A stretch of DNA of 40,403 bases from Thraustochytrium aureum (taxonomy: Eukaryota), in assembly GCA_012862495.1 (NCBI GenBank), contig BLSG01000157.1, forward strand, positions 1-40,403, given 5' to 3'. Positions within the stretch are counted from its first letter, which is position 1, and each line of letters opens with the position of its first letter. A program made the position numbers and the translations under genes. The notes beneath the pieces are model-generated. The model did no database searches, had not been told where the DNA came from, and saw only the letters and a program-made list of their open reading frames with translations. Shown in pieces: positions 20,616 through 31,390 of the stretch.

Positions 20616-21084
20616 GGCACGGCTGTCGTTCGGCCGGAGCTGAGCCCCGATGGCATGCAACATCACATCGTCGTGTTGCAGTTTATTCGTACGGATAACG
20701 GATCTCTTGCATGCCTTGACGGAGTATCTCCGGATTAGTCCGTTTTAACCATTTAAGAGGAGGCGAGTCTTGTGTTCTCTGATATGATGATACTCCGAGA
20801 GGAGACGAGCGGTCGTGTTTCTCCGTCCCTATCAAATGGGTGAGGGTTTTTTTCCACCGTGCTTCACACCAATTCACACCGTGCGATTCTCAGGCCGCGG
20901 GCAAGGTCAAGGCGACCTGCGAGGCGAGCTGCCAGTTGCGTGTCGGTGGCGGGCACGGAGAGGCCTAGACGAGGACGCCGCTTGTGAGCCGGCATCGAGA
21001 TCAGCGCCCCACCCCACAGCCCACCTCCTCGAGGCCCGTTGTTCGTTCGCGCCGAAGCTCGGAGCGCCGCGGCCGCTCGCTGCG

Positions 21085-22998
21085 ATGGAGGCTCGAGGCA
21101 ATAGCGCAGCGTGCGAGACGGAGGCGAAGGAGTCTGCTCCCGGCGAGGAGAGGGATGGGCAAGAGGACGAGCTGGCTCGCTTCCTTCAGGTGAACTTGAG
21201 GAACATGAAGAAAGTTGACCTCACTGGCTTTGCGAACTGGGTGACAAGGACCAACCTCCTCCTGCTGCGCAAACTGCTCTCTGAATGCGAGTTGGCCGCG
21301 TCGCCTGAAGCCCTCGTGTTGGATAAGACGGACTTGGAGGACAGGCAAATCGATGCGCTGCTCAATGGCGAAGCTGATAAAAAGGAGGAAGCCGACTTTG
21401 CGATACGCGAGCTCAGTCTGGCCTCGAACAAGTTGACCTCCATCGGAGCCTCGACGCTCGCCAGCGCGTTCAAAAGGGGCAAACTGTTCTTGGACCTTGT
21501 GAAGCTCGACGTGTCAGGTAACAATCTCGGGCCGCAGGGAGCGGAAGAGCTGGCCTCGGGTCTAGGAGAAGTCGACATCAAGACACTAAAGATGAACGAT
21601 TGCCAACTCGGCAACGAAGGAGCGCAGGCTGTCTCCAAGCTGATTAAAAATATCCCGACGCTCGAGGAGCTTCAACTGGCCGAGAACGGCATACGGGACA
21701 GCGGCGCATTGGCCTTGGTCAACATCCTCGCGACAGCGACGCGCATTTCGGCGCTCAATCTCGCAAGGAATCGCCTATCGAAAGCCTTGCGTGAAGAGGT
21801 TGAAGCGCTTAAACTGCGTTGCGTGGTCGACCTGACTGGCGAGGAATTCAATCCCGTCGAGAACATCCTGTTGATTCCAAATCTCAAAGGAATGAGCACT
21901 CGCTGGATCAACCGCTCAATACTACCATGTGCTGGCAGCAAATCAACTCCACACGACGAGTGGGCTCCCGACTTCCTCAATCGATTTGCGATCAAGAATT
22001 CCGAGGGCGGCAAGGATCAGGTGCTCTTTATCCTGTTGGATGTTCCAGATCTGGCTTATGGACGTGTGATTCTCGAACAAGGCCTGGCTCGTTGGAGCGA
22101 GTCGGAACTGCAGGTCGTCTGTGTCGTCCAACACGCGACGCATCGCTTGTGGAAAGACCTTGGCGAACCGATTCGGGAGGCGATGAAAACTTCCAATCCT
22201 TTCCTACTCGGAGGGGTTACCGTCATGTTGCACGGGGAGTATGAACTTGGGATATGGAAGGCCTATGCGATTCCCGAAAGTGTTGATCAATCCTCGCAGT
22301 CGCCAGAGCCTTGCAAGCCCAAGACACAAGGCAAGGATTTCTCGCACGATGAGCCTCGCTCCACGTCGCACAGCGCCACACCGAGCAGCGCCACGTTTGA
22401 TTCGGCTTGCACAAACGATTCGACAATTATGCAAGCCGGAAGCAAACGAGACGCCAGGGCCAGGATGGTGGATACTCACAGCCAAGTCGGTCGCGCGGAG
22501 CGGAGGCTGGACGGGCCGCCCTCTGGCGAGCAGCAGCGTCGTAGTTCCCCGCGAACGTTGCCAATTCGAGAAGGAGAGTGCTCCGTCCCTAATTGCAAGG
22601 CTCGCGTAGTGAAAAGGTACTGCGAAGAGCATGGATCCGCGCTATGCGCTTCCGAGCCCAAGAAGGGGTTTGTGTGTAGAGAGGACAGAGCGGTGGGCTC
22701 CAAGTACTGCTCGGCCCACAAATGCAGTTGCGCTGGCTGTGCCGGCTGTGGCATTACGGTGAGCGAAGAGCGCACCTGCTCGAAGAAGGCCTGGAACATG
22801 TCCTGCAAGCTCTGCACGCCATGCAATGAGAATGCAAGGTGCGCAAAGTCTGGCTGTGAAATGGGGCGAGCTGGAGGCGCCAAGTACTGCGAGAATCACA
22901 AGGTGAAAAGGAGCGCTGTGGACCGCGTCGCATCGGCGGACCATGACGCATCGGTGGACAACGCCAAGACCAAAGCCAAAAAAATCCATCTCGGCTAA
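21085..22998 (+). CDS. ribonuclease-inhibitor-type LRR protein with C-terminal Cys/His (zinc-finger-like) repeats
   Basis: LRRs 'LSLASNKLTSIGA', 'LDVSGNNLGPQGA', 'LKMNDCQLGNEGA', 'LQLAENGIRDSGA', 'LNLARNRL'. C-terminal units ending in YC-x2-H. Confidence 0.8.
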   Translation: MEARGNSAACETEAKESAPGEERDGQEDELARFLQVNLRNMKKVDLTGFANWVTRTNLLLLRKLLSECELAASPEALVLDKTDLEDRQIDALLNGEADKKEEADFAIRELSLASNKLTSIGASTLASAFKRGKLFLDLVKLDVSGNNLGPQGAEELASGLGEVDIKTLKMNDCQLGNEGAQAVSKLIKNIPTLEELQLAENGIRDSGALALVNILATATRISALNLARNRLSKALREEVEALKLRCVVDLTGEEFNPVENILLIPNLKGMSTRWINRSILPCAGSKSTPHDEWAPDFLNRFAIKNSEGGKDQVLFILLDVPDLAYGRVILEQGLARWSESELQVVCVVQHATHRLWKDLGEPIREAMKTSNPFLLGGVTVMLHGEYELGIWKAYAIPESVDQSSQSPEPCKPKTQGKDFSHDEPRSTSHSATPSSATFDSACTNDSTIMQAGSKRDARARMVDTHSQVGRAERRLDGPPSGEQQRRSSPRTLPIREGECSVPNCKARVVKRYCEEHGSALCASEPKKGFVCREDRAVGSKYCSAHKCSCAGCAGCGITVSEERTCSKKAWNMSCKLCTPCNENARCAKSGCEMGRAGGAKYCENHKVKRSAVDRVASADHDASVDNAKTKAKKIHLG

Positions 22999-23966
22999 GA
23001 AGCGCAAGACTGGCCCAGGCGCCACCTCACTGGCGTCAGGCAGCTAGGTCGAAACAAGCGTGAAACGTGTCCTGCAGCATGAGCACGTCATGCACTGGCC
23101 AAGCAGGACTTTGAGATTTGGCGAGCTGCACGCGCCAACCACTGCGAGGAATGTGCGCTGTGGACCACGCTGTATACTAGCACTAGCCAGTAATGGCGTC
23201 GAGCTTGCGGCCGGCAGTGCCGCAGCGCAGAGCGAACTTGTCCAGTGCCGCGCCACAAACATTTGTTGAACTCCGGCACAGCAACGTCTGGCACTCCAAG
23301 ACCAGCAGCAGCAGCAGCAGCAGGGCCAGGGCCAAGCCGACCAAGCCCGACTCTGCTATGGAGGAGGTCGGCTCTTCCAGCTGCAGCGTGGACCGCGCAG
23401 GCGCTGACGACCTGCAAGCGCAGCAGCGCGCGCCAGAGCTGGACGAGTCGTGGATCGCTGGACCCGGTTACCGAGCAGCGCTTGGCGCGCTGGGTGCCAG
23501 ACAACCGTTTGCTCAGGCTATGTTCCAGCGCCGGCAACGTCAGCAAAACGGGCCGACAAAGGAGCTCGAAGGGACTGCCGCCATCGCGGCAGTCCTTGAT
23601 CAAAGCAAGTCGACGGGCCACTTTTCAATCAATCAAATCAATCTCTCAGCGGTGGAAGAACGCAAGGGCTGCTGCAGCAATGCAGACACAGTGCGTAGAC
23701 GCCAGCGCGCGTGATGAGACAACACGTTTTCGAAGGCGCTGGCAGAACTATCATATTCCAAACCGAAAACCGTAAGGACGACGCCTCAGCTTAGGGCTTC
23801 TGTTTGGCTGCTATGGCGGCAGGTCGGCTTGCTGGTTCACATGCTCCAGCCTCTTCTTCGGAGCGAGCCGCAACTGATGAGCGATGCCAGCGAGGCGTTG
23901 ACCATGCCGCTGTTGGCGCTGGTTTGCTTGCTTGTTCTTGCTCTTGCGATGGCAAAAAGGGGCCCA

Positions 23967-26900
23967 TCAGGACCGCAGCGGCGGGAGCGCCAGCTTTGAC
24001 GAGACACGGTTGGCGTAGGTTTTGACCATCGCGTCCGAAGCCTGGCCGCCGACGCGGTCTAGCCAGGCCTGAAAGGACGGGCGGACGAACCGCACGATAG
24101 CATCGCGACTGGTCTTGTAGACGACGAGGTTCCCGAGGGAAAACAGCGCCATACGCCGCGGCTGCAAGCCCGGGTCCGACTCTACAATTGCAACAAGCTT
24201 CTCATGCGCTGACACGTCCACGAGGTCCCTGCAAAGCGTGCCCGAGTGGCGCACGAGGTTGCCGATCGCGCCCGCCGCGTTGGCCCGCGTTCTCTTGGAA
24301 GCGTCGTCCAACAGCGCGTTCAGAAAGGGGACGGCCACGGCCAGGTCGGCGCAGAGCAAATCGGAGTGGTAAGCGGCGTTCCCCACCGCGAAACAGGCCA
24401 GCTTGCGCGTCTCGGCGTCGTCGTCGGCGCACCGGGACACCAAGTGAACAAGCAGGTCGTGGCGCCCGCTGTGCATGCTGCCGAGCGTTGGGCTCGACTC
24501 TAGACCAGGCCGCGGACGGGAGGTTGGCGGGAGCTCTTGGACTAGCACGCTGTAAAACTCGGCCGAGTTCTTGCACAGCTTGCCTAGAAGCCGGCAGGTC
24601 TCGGCGCGCAGCTTGGCGGAGGGGTGACTGAGAAGCGCGCGGAGCTCCTCCGCAAAGTCCGCCTCGATGAGCTCGCGGTGGTAGGTGTCTGCCCGCCCAG
24701 CCAGCTGCCCAATCAGGACCAAGGCGCTTAGCACCAGATCCACACGGGCGGCCGAGATCTCTGGCCGAATTTGCGTTGCAGGTCCAGGATCGGCAGGGGC
24801 GGCGGTTGCAGAGCTTTGGCGGCTACCCTCGCTGGATTGGGAATCGGGCTGGTCGGGCCCTAGCGCATGTTGCGAGCTTGCACTTGCTGACGCTGGAATA
24901 CCTTGGGGCGACAGGGCGTCGCGGCCGAGGCTGTCGTCGCGCCCAGCAATAGATAGAAGGCCGAGGTCTTTTATGAGCCTGACGCCGCCATTCTGGACGA
25001 ATTGGCGAGCAAAGTGCTCCGACTCTGTCACTAGGATGGCTTGGAACTTGAGCGGCGCCTCCAGCACAAGCTCTGCGTCTGGTAGGCGGGCGGCTCGAAC
25101 GAAAGCCACAGCGCGAATGCTCTTGCGCATGAACCGTCGAGTGTAAAGGACTTGCTGAACGTGCTTCTGAGCTGCTTCAGGCATCTCGCTCGTGAACAAA
25201 AGCGAAAGCACGTCGTACAGCTGCTGGACAAGCATCGCAAGCCCGCCTTTAGACCCGCCCAAGGCGGGCGGATAAGTGACCAGTCGCTGCAGGTGCGTCG
25301 CGTGCAAGAGGTCGATCACCCAGCACAGCATCTCGTCATTCTCGCCGAGAACTGGCGCGGCGTTCGACCCTGGTTCAGCGACGACCAGCTCGTGGACGAG
25401 CTGCAGAACTGCAATCACCCCGGATGGCGACATCGTTCGTCTGGCTGCTTCAAGCGCAGGTTCCCCGTGGTCGACGGCGTGAGACAATCCATCGACGGAA
25501 GGCTCTGCCGGCAGAGACGAGCGTTTCGACGCCGGCCCGTAGTTTGGACCGACGGCACGCATGACCTCGCTCAGGAGACCTTCTCGCAGGAAAGCGCGTG
25601 CCATTGGTCGCTGGGCATCCTCGCCCACCGATCGCCGCGCGAGCCGCATGCACGCTAGCATGAGAGCGATGGGGACGTCCTCGACCGCAAATTCTGCGAA
25701 GAAATAGCCGTGGCCTTGCATGGGGTGCACTGAAGCTTTGATTGGCTTTTGCGCGCCGTCCGTCTCCTCGTGCGGCTGTCCCGGTCGCGGCACGGTCGCG
25801 GCATGGGACCCAACGCTGGCGCTTGCGGCGGCAAGGCGTCTCATGCCTGCTAGCACGGCGCGGTCTTGAAGGGCGGCCAAATAGTTTGTCGTCACGGTCT
25901 CGAGCGTGGCTGCCCCCTCCTCCAGCTTTGGATGATTGTCTGCACCCGCAGCGAGCTCCTTAAACTCGATGGTAAAGCGGTTGAGGCAAGCAACAAGCAA
26001 GGAAGCGGCCAGGGCGAGACGCGCACCGGCGCACGTTTTCATCGTGACCAAGCAAAGGTCGACGCAGGCGCAGCTCATCGAGACGCTGATCAGGCGCCGT
26101 CTGCAGAGGACAGAAAGCACCAGCATTGCCAGCCCACCCTCGTCCTTCTCTTGGCTGGCAATGCCAAAGAGACCTTCCATTACGTCGAGGCGGCTGCCGA
26201 GCTCGAAAGCGAGCTCGCTCGAGGCGGTAGCGCCTTGCAGCGCAACGCGAAGTACGTCTCGAAGGCTCAGTGCGCGAAGCAATCCTGCAGAGCCATCCAG
26301 CGCGCCAGGGGCCTCGGCTCGGATGCATCCAAGCACGATTTCGAAGCCCGCGCGCTCTCCGTCTAAAAGCGCTTCTGCAACGGCGCGGTGCAAGCGCTGC
26401 CCCTGCGTCGCTTGAAACTCAGCCTGCATAGCGCGATTCGCGAGGTGTTGAAGCAGCCCCGAGCTAAACAGGCCTCCGTCCCACTGCCCAGGGTTGGCAG
26501 AGTACTCGTCCTTGTCGTCAAGGGCGTACGAAAGTGGGAACCCGTTGAGGAGCTTCTCTCCCTCGCCGACTGCACACGGATGCGCGACCATGGCAAACAC
26601 GCGGAGCGCCAGCTTGGCGAGCTTGCTGAGCGATTCCAGATCCCGTGATGGGTCGCTCTCGAGCGCCCCAGCCTTGTCGCGGCCTTGGCCTTCTTCGACT
26701 GACCGGTCAGCTTGGCTGGCCCGCGCGTCCCATCGTGCTTGGCAAGCGCTCACGAGCGCCGCCAAAGCGAAGAGCAGCGAGTCTTGGCCATTCCCGATCG
26801 CGTCGAAGAGCCTTGCCCACAACAACGGGTAGAACCCAGTGCAAAAGTAACGAGCAGCATGACGCACTTCAAGGCCGACGCGCGCGCCGGCGCGGCGTGG

Positions 26901-29011
26901 CCCAGGTCCTCCGCGCGGGCCGGATCGCGCGGAGGACGAATGATTTCATTGCAGAGCCGCAGCGCGTCCGCGCACGCGTCCAGCAGTTTGGCGTCGGAAT
27001 TGCTTGGGTCAAACACGCGCATCCGCTCCCGCAGCACGCAGCGAATCGCGTGCATGGCGTCGGCGAGGTGGCCAAGGTGCGCTTGCGACGCGCCCGGCTG
27101 GGCCTGCAGCGCGCGGGCGAAAGAGAAAAGCTTGCCCGGCAGAGCCGCATCAGCGAGGATGTCGGCGCTTGGCTCCAACGCTGCGTCCCGCCCTCGGCCT
27201 GCTAGAAGAACCAAGGTCCGCAGCGCGTAGTGCGCGCACGTTGCGTGGTAGTCGTCGTCGCTTCGCAGTTCCCCGCGCTCATGTGCGCCGTCGAGCGCCG
27301 CTTTAATTTCGTGCAAGATGCGCAGGTTGGTGCGCATTGAGATGGCAGCGTTGGCATCTGCGCCCGCAGCGGCGGTTTCCAGCTTGGCCCACTCGGCGAT
27401 TCGAATGCTTTGAAACTGTTGGCGCTGCGACGGCGCGTCGTCGCGCGCTGCAGGGTTGGCAGCCTCCCCCGCCAGCTGATCCTCAAATGCTTGCCTTGCG
27501 CCGCTAGATTCGGTTTCTGACTTGCGCGCGGTTCCGTCGCGATCGCCGTCGCGATCGCGATCGCGGCTCAAGTTGTCGGTCGAACCGCTCCGCGGAGGGG
27601 TGCGCCCCCCTTCAGCGGCGCTGGCGGTGCGCGCCAGCGCCCTTGCCGATGTTGGCGACACCTTGATCGGCTCCCCCGGAACGAGCTCGTCGCTAATCGG
27701 TTCGCGCTCTTGCGCAGTGCGCGTCCCCTCGTCAAGGTTCCCGACCGTGTTGCGCCGCACCAGCCGCTCGCGCGGGCGCGCGCTAATGTCCTTCGCGTCA
27801 GCGAGGGCCGCAAGCTGCTCGCCAAACTTGCGCGGGCTCATCGGTTCGCTGTTTCTGCCACGGTTGCGAGACGGGCTGTGGGGGCTCGCTCGCGGCGTAA
27901 GCGGCGACTGGAGGCCGCGGCTGGAGTTCTTCCCGGCCGGCGGCGACGTGTCAATGGGCGGCGGTGGCGTAGCGCCGCGCCGGCGCCGCACCCCGCCGTC
28001 CGGCAACCTCTCGGCGGCACCATCGCCCGCCTCTGTCGAGCGTCCGTTCGCACTGTGCAAAGCGCGGAGATTCTGCCGCTTTGGCGTCTGGGGCGACGGT
28101 GCAAACGACGGACCACCCGAGTTGCCGTGTCCAAGCCTATCCGCGGCAGCGCTCGTCCCCTCGAGGAAGCGCAGCAGCCGGAAACGTGGGTTATAGAGCG
28201 GGTTGCTCTCAAGGGCCTCGCGCTGCGCTCGCTCCGCCTCCGTCTCGCGAACAAAGGGATGGTCCAGGAGCTTGGGCCATTGGAGGCGCGCCCTGTTGTC
28301 CTTCATGAGCAGGCCTTGCAGGAAGCTGCGGAACATCTTGGACATGTCGCCCGGATAGCGCACCTCGTTCTTGACGATGAGGTTGATCAGCGTGTAGATG
28401 TTGTTTGTGTAGAACGGTGGCTGCCCCGCGAAGAGCTCGTACAGGATGACGCCCAGAGACCACAGGTCGGCGGTGTGGTTGTACGGCTGCTCTCGCACCA
28501 GTTCGGGTGCCATGTATAAGGGCGTTCCCTTTATTGAAGTGACCATGACCGTCTTCGCGGAGAGCGCGCGCGCAAAGCCAAAGTCGCACAGCTTGACCCT
28601 GCCATCGGCGCTGATGAGGATGTTTTGCGGCTTCATGTCGCGGTGGATGATGCGATGAAAGTGAAGATAGTACAGCGCCTGCACGAGCTGCTTGGCGATG
28701 CCCTGCACCTGCGGCTCGGGGATACGCTTGTCGTCGTCCAGCAGCTGGAACAAGTCCCCTTGCGCAAACTCGGTTACGACGACGAACTCGCGGCGCGTCT
28801 CGAAGGCGTCCAGCAGCAAAACGATGTTGGGGTGGTCCAGCGCGCGGAGGATCTCAATCTCGCTGCGCAGCTTGCGCAGCTCGCGCTGCGACTTGCCACC
28901 TTTCGCAATAAACTTGAGCGCCAGGCTGTGTCCCGTGAACCTGCGCCGTCCTTTATAGACCTTGCCGAACGACCCCTCGCCGATCAGGTCGAGCACGACA
29001 TAGTTTTCCAT
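23967..29011 (-). CDS. STK36: Fused/STK36 (TIO-like) Ser/Thr kinase with C-terminal ARM/HEAT repeats; one frameshift at ~26835
   Basis: '[23 protein letters not shown]', '[10 protein letters not shown]', 'LCDFGFAR', '[30 protein letters not shown]'. The C-terminus has '[14 protein letters not shown]', '[15 protein letters not shown]', 'ALFSLGNL', as in Fused/TIO. Confidence 0.9.
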
Positions 29012-29229
29012 CGCGCCGCGCGAGCCCGAGGACGCCGCGCGCCCGCCCTTCACCTCTGCGCAGATGCCGCGCGCCCGAGGCCCTCGCGCCCGTCCCAGGC
29101 GCCGCGGCCCCGTTCAAGGTCTGCTGCTGCTGCTGCGCAACAACAACAACACAACAACAACAGCACAAGCTGGTGGTGCGCGCTCGTTCCTCTCCACGAC
29201 TTGGCACGTACCCCCTGCCCCCCACATGC

Positions 29230-29435
29230 GCTAGTATTGAGTACTATCCCGGACTAACTATTTTAGCCTTAAAGCTATTTATATAAAGTAACGTTATTTA
29301 TCCGAGGGGTGGTTCTGCCGGTATAATCCGGTTCCGCGGCCGTCCTGCTCCCGGCACTCCTCACACGTTCCCGCATAATAAGTCTGCGTCCTAGAAGCGT
29401 TTTAGTAAGGACCGAGTTTGAAATAAATAGCCGAG
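29230..29435. promoter_or_regulatory. AT-rich segment between divergent Fused and GST genes; candidate bidirectional promoter
   Basis: Local drop in GC, with TATTTATATAAAG at ~29276-29288, between head-to-head start codons. Confidence 0.4.
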
Positions 29436-29637
29436 AACGTCGAACCCCGTGCGGATCCCATCCGCTTGCACCTTGACGCTTTGAGCCGCGGGGGTACCGC
29501 ACCTTCCTGCCTATCTGCGCGGTTCTCCTTGGCGCAAGTGGTTCCACAAGGCGGCGAGCCGTGCGAGCAGCGCAGCAGACCCCGAACGCGAGCGGCAGCG
29601 AAGAGAGAAGAACTGGCAGGTGCACGGCAGACGCAAG

Positions 29638-29688
29638 GCAGGCAGGTTCGAGCAAAGCAGGCAGGTTCGAGCAAAGCAGGCAGGTTCG
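29638..29688 (+). repeat. 19-bp tandem repeat (GCAGGCAGGTTCGAGCAAA x2.7) upstream of GST
   Basis: Units start at 29638, 29657 and 29676. Confidence 0.85.
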
Positions 29689-29746
29689 GCTTGGCAAGGC
29701 GGACGGCGCGGGCGCTGGGACTGGGACTGGGACCGGAGCGAGGAGG

Positions 29747-30493
29747 ATGAGCGTGAACGAGTCGTCGCCGAAGAAGGCCAAGACGGGCCCGCTGACGCTG
29801 TACCATGCGCTGTATGCGTCGTCATCGCCGGTGCTGCAGGCGCTGGAGGAGATCGGCGCGGCGGACAAGGTGCATGTGAAGAAAATCACCATGGAGGAGG
29901 CCAAGGAGGACCAGTTCCGCAGGATCACGCCGCTCGGCAAGATTCCCGCCCTGGTCGACGAGGGCACTGGGGAGGTGACGCTCGAGTCCCTCGCGATCGC
30001 CCAAAAGCTGCTGGACAGACTGGACACCGCGGGCAAGATCCTGCCGCCCGTCGGGGACGCGCGCCGCTACAAGACCCTCGAAGCCGCGCTCTTCGCTCTC
30101 ACGCACATCTACCCGGCGATCGACATGCTGTGCTCGTCGAAAGACTGCAGCGACGATATCAAGGAGTTTGCCGTATCCAAGCTGCTCGAGGGCCGAGTGC
30201 TGGACCACGTCGAAGACCTTGTTCGCGACCGGACATGGGTCCTCGGCGACGAGCTGTCGCTGGGCGACCTTTTCCTTGGCTACAGCCTGATGGGCTGCGT
30301 GCACTCCACCAAGCCGATCAAGGGCCTCGAGGCCCCTGCCGTCAAGGCATTCTGCGACCGGTTTGCTGCGCTGCCGTCGTCCGTCAAGATCTTCGAGCTG
30401 GAGAGCGACACCGGAAACACCAAGGACACGAGCGACGGCGTTGCGAGCCCTGTTGGGGAGCCCGCCGCGGATGTGGATCCTGCAGCGGCCTGA
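29747..30493 (+). CDS. glutathione S-transferase family protein
   Basis: N-terminal domain 'FRRITPLGKIPALVD...LESLAIA'. C-terminal 'WVLGDELSLGD'. Confidence 0.88.
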   Translation: MSVNESSPKKAKTGPLTLYHALYASSSPVLQALEEIGAADKVHVKKITMEEAKEDQFRRITPLGKIPALVDEGTGEVTLESLAIAQKLLDRLDTAGKILPPVGDARRYKTLEAALFALTHIYPAIDMLCSSKDCSDDIKEFAVSKLLEGRVLDHVEDLVRDRTWVLGDELSLGDLFLGYSLMGCVHSTKPIKGLEAPAVKAFCDRFAALPSSVKIFELESDTGNTKDTSDGVASPVGEPAADVDPAAA

Positions 30494-30688
30494 TCATCGC
30501 GGAAGCAAGGCGCGCTCGAGGAAGCCGCATCGGCCGGCGGCGGCGCTGCAAGCACAGCCTGTACTAGTCACGAGTTCGCAGCTCGAAAAAACGAAAAGCC
30601 CGTCGATATTCTCGTTAGTCTCTTGTGGCTCATGCAGTGGGTCCAAGATCGCAGAGGCGCGCTGGCCAGCGCGCTCCGAGCCACCGCC

Positions 30689-31390
30689 CTACCACGGGAG
30701 CTCCTCGCCAGTGCCGGCGTGGATGAATTTGCCGTTGGCGTCCCCGCCCAAACTTTCGATCCGCGCCATGAAGCCGTCAACACACTCCTCCACAGAGGTC
30801 GGCGCGTTATCGCCAGTCATGTCCGTCTTGACCCAGCCGGGGTGGATCAGCGAAACGACGCAGCCTTTCGGGCCGAGCTCGAGCGACAAGTTGACGCCAA
30901 CCATGTTGAGCGCCGCCTTGGACATCCGGTACTCCCACATGCCGCCGCTGCCATTGTCGGCCATGGAGCCGACTCGCGACGAAACGAGCAGGACCTTGGA
31001 CCCGTCGGCAAGCTTGTCAAGCAGGGCCTGTGTAACGAGGATGCTGCCGAGGCAGTTGGTGCGGAACATGCGGACTGCTTCGTCCGGGTCGACATCCAAA
31101 ACAGAGTTGTTGCTCCAATCTTTCATGCCGATGCCTGCGTTCACAACGAGAAGGTCGACCTTGCTCTCGCCTTGAAGGGCCCTTTCGAGCACGCTTTTGC
31201 ACGCCGGGTCACTGACGTCAACGTCTCGCACGACGACAAAGTCCTCATCGTCCTTCGCCGCGTCCTCGAGCTTGCTCGCAGGGCGCCTGCACGTCGCGAA
31301 GACCTTCCAGCCCTTGCCGCGGAGGCGCTGCGCAAGCGCAAGTCCGATGCCGCGGGAGGCCCCGACGACGACGGCCGCGCCGGAGCTCAT
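30689..31390 (-). CDS. short-chain dehydrogenase/reductase (CsgA/C-factor-like)
   Basis: 'VVGASRGIG', 'LVVNAG', 'SSRVGS', catalytic 'YRMSK', 'IHPGWVKTDMTG', terminal 'LPW'. Confidence 0.93.
   Translation of the reverse strand: MSSGAAVVVGASRGIGLALAQRLRGKGWKVFATCRRPASKLEDAAKDDEDFVVVRDVDVSDPACKSVLERALQGESKVDLLVVNAGIGMKDWSNNSVLDVDPDEAVRMFRTNCLGSILVTQALLDKLADGSKVLLVSSRVGSMADNGSGGMWEYRMSKAALNMVGVNLSLELGPKGCVVSLIHPGWVKTDMTGDNAPTSVEECVDGFMARIESLGGDANGKFIHAGTGEELPW

Noticed and set aside
26820..26870. Tiny introns as an explanation for the frameshifts
   Set aside because: Protein sense continues on both sides with a single-base correction, leaving no GT-AG segment to remove.
30689..31390. SDR as a recent bacterial transfer
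   Set aside because: Composition matches the host genes, other genes here also appear intronless, and CsgA-like SDRs are widespread in eukaryotes. It cannot be supported without a phylogeny.
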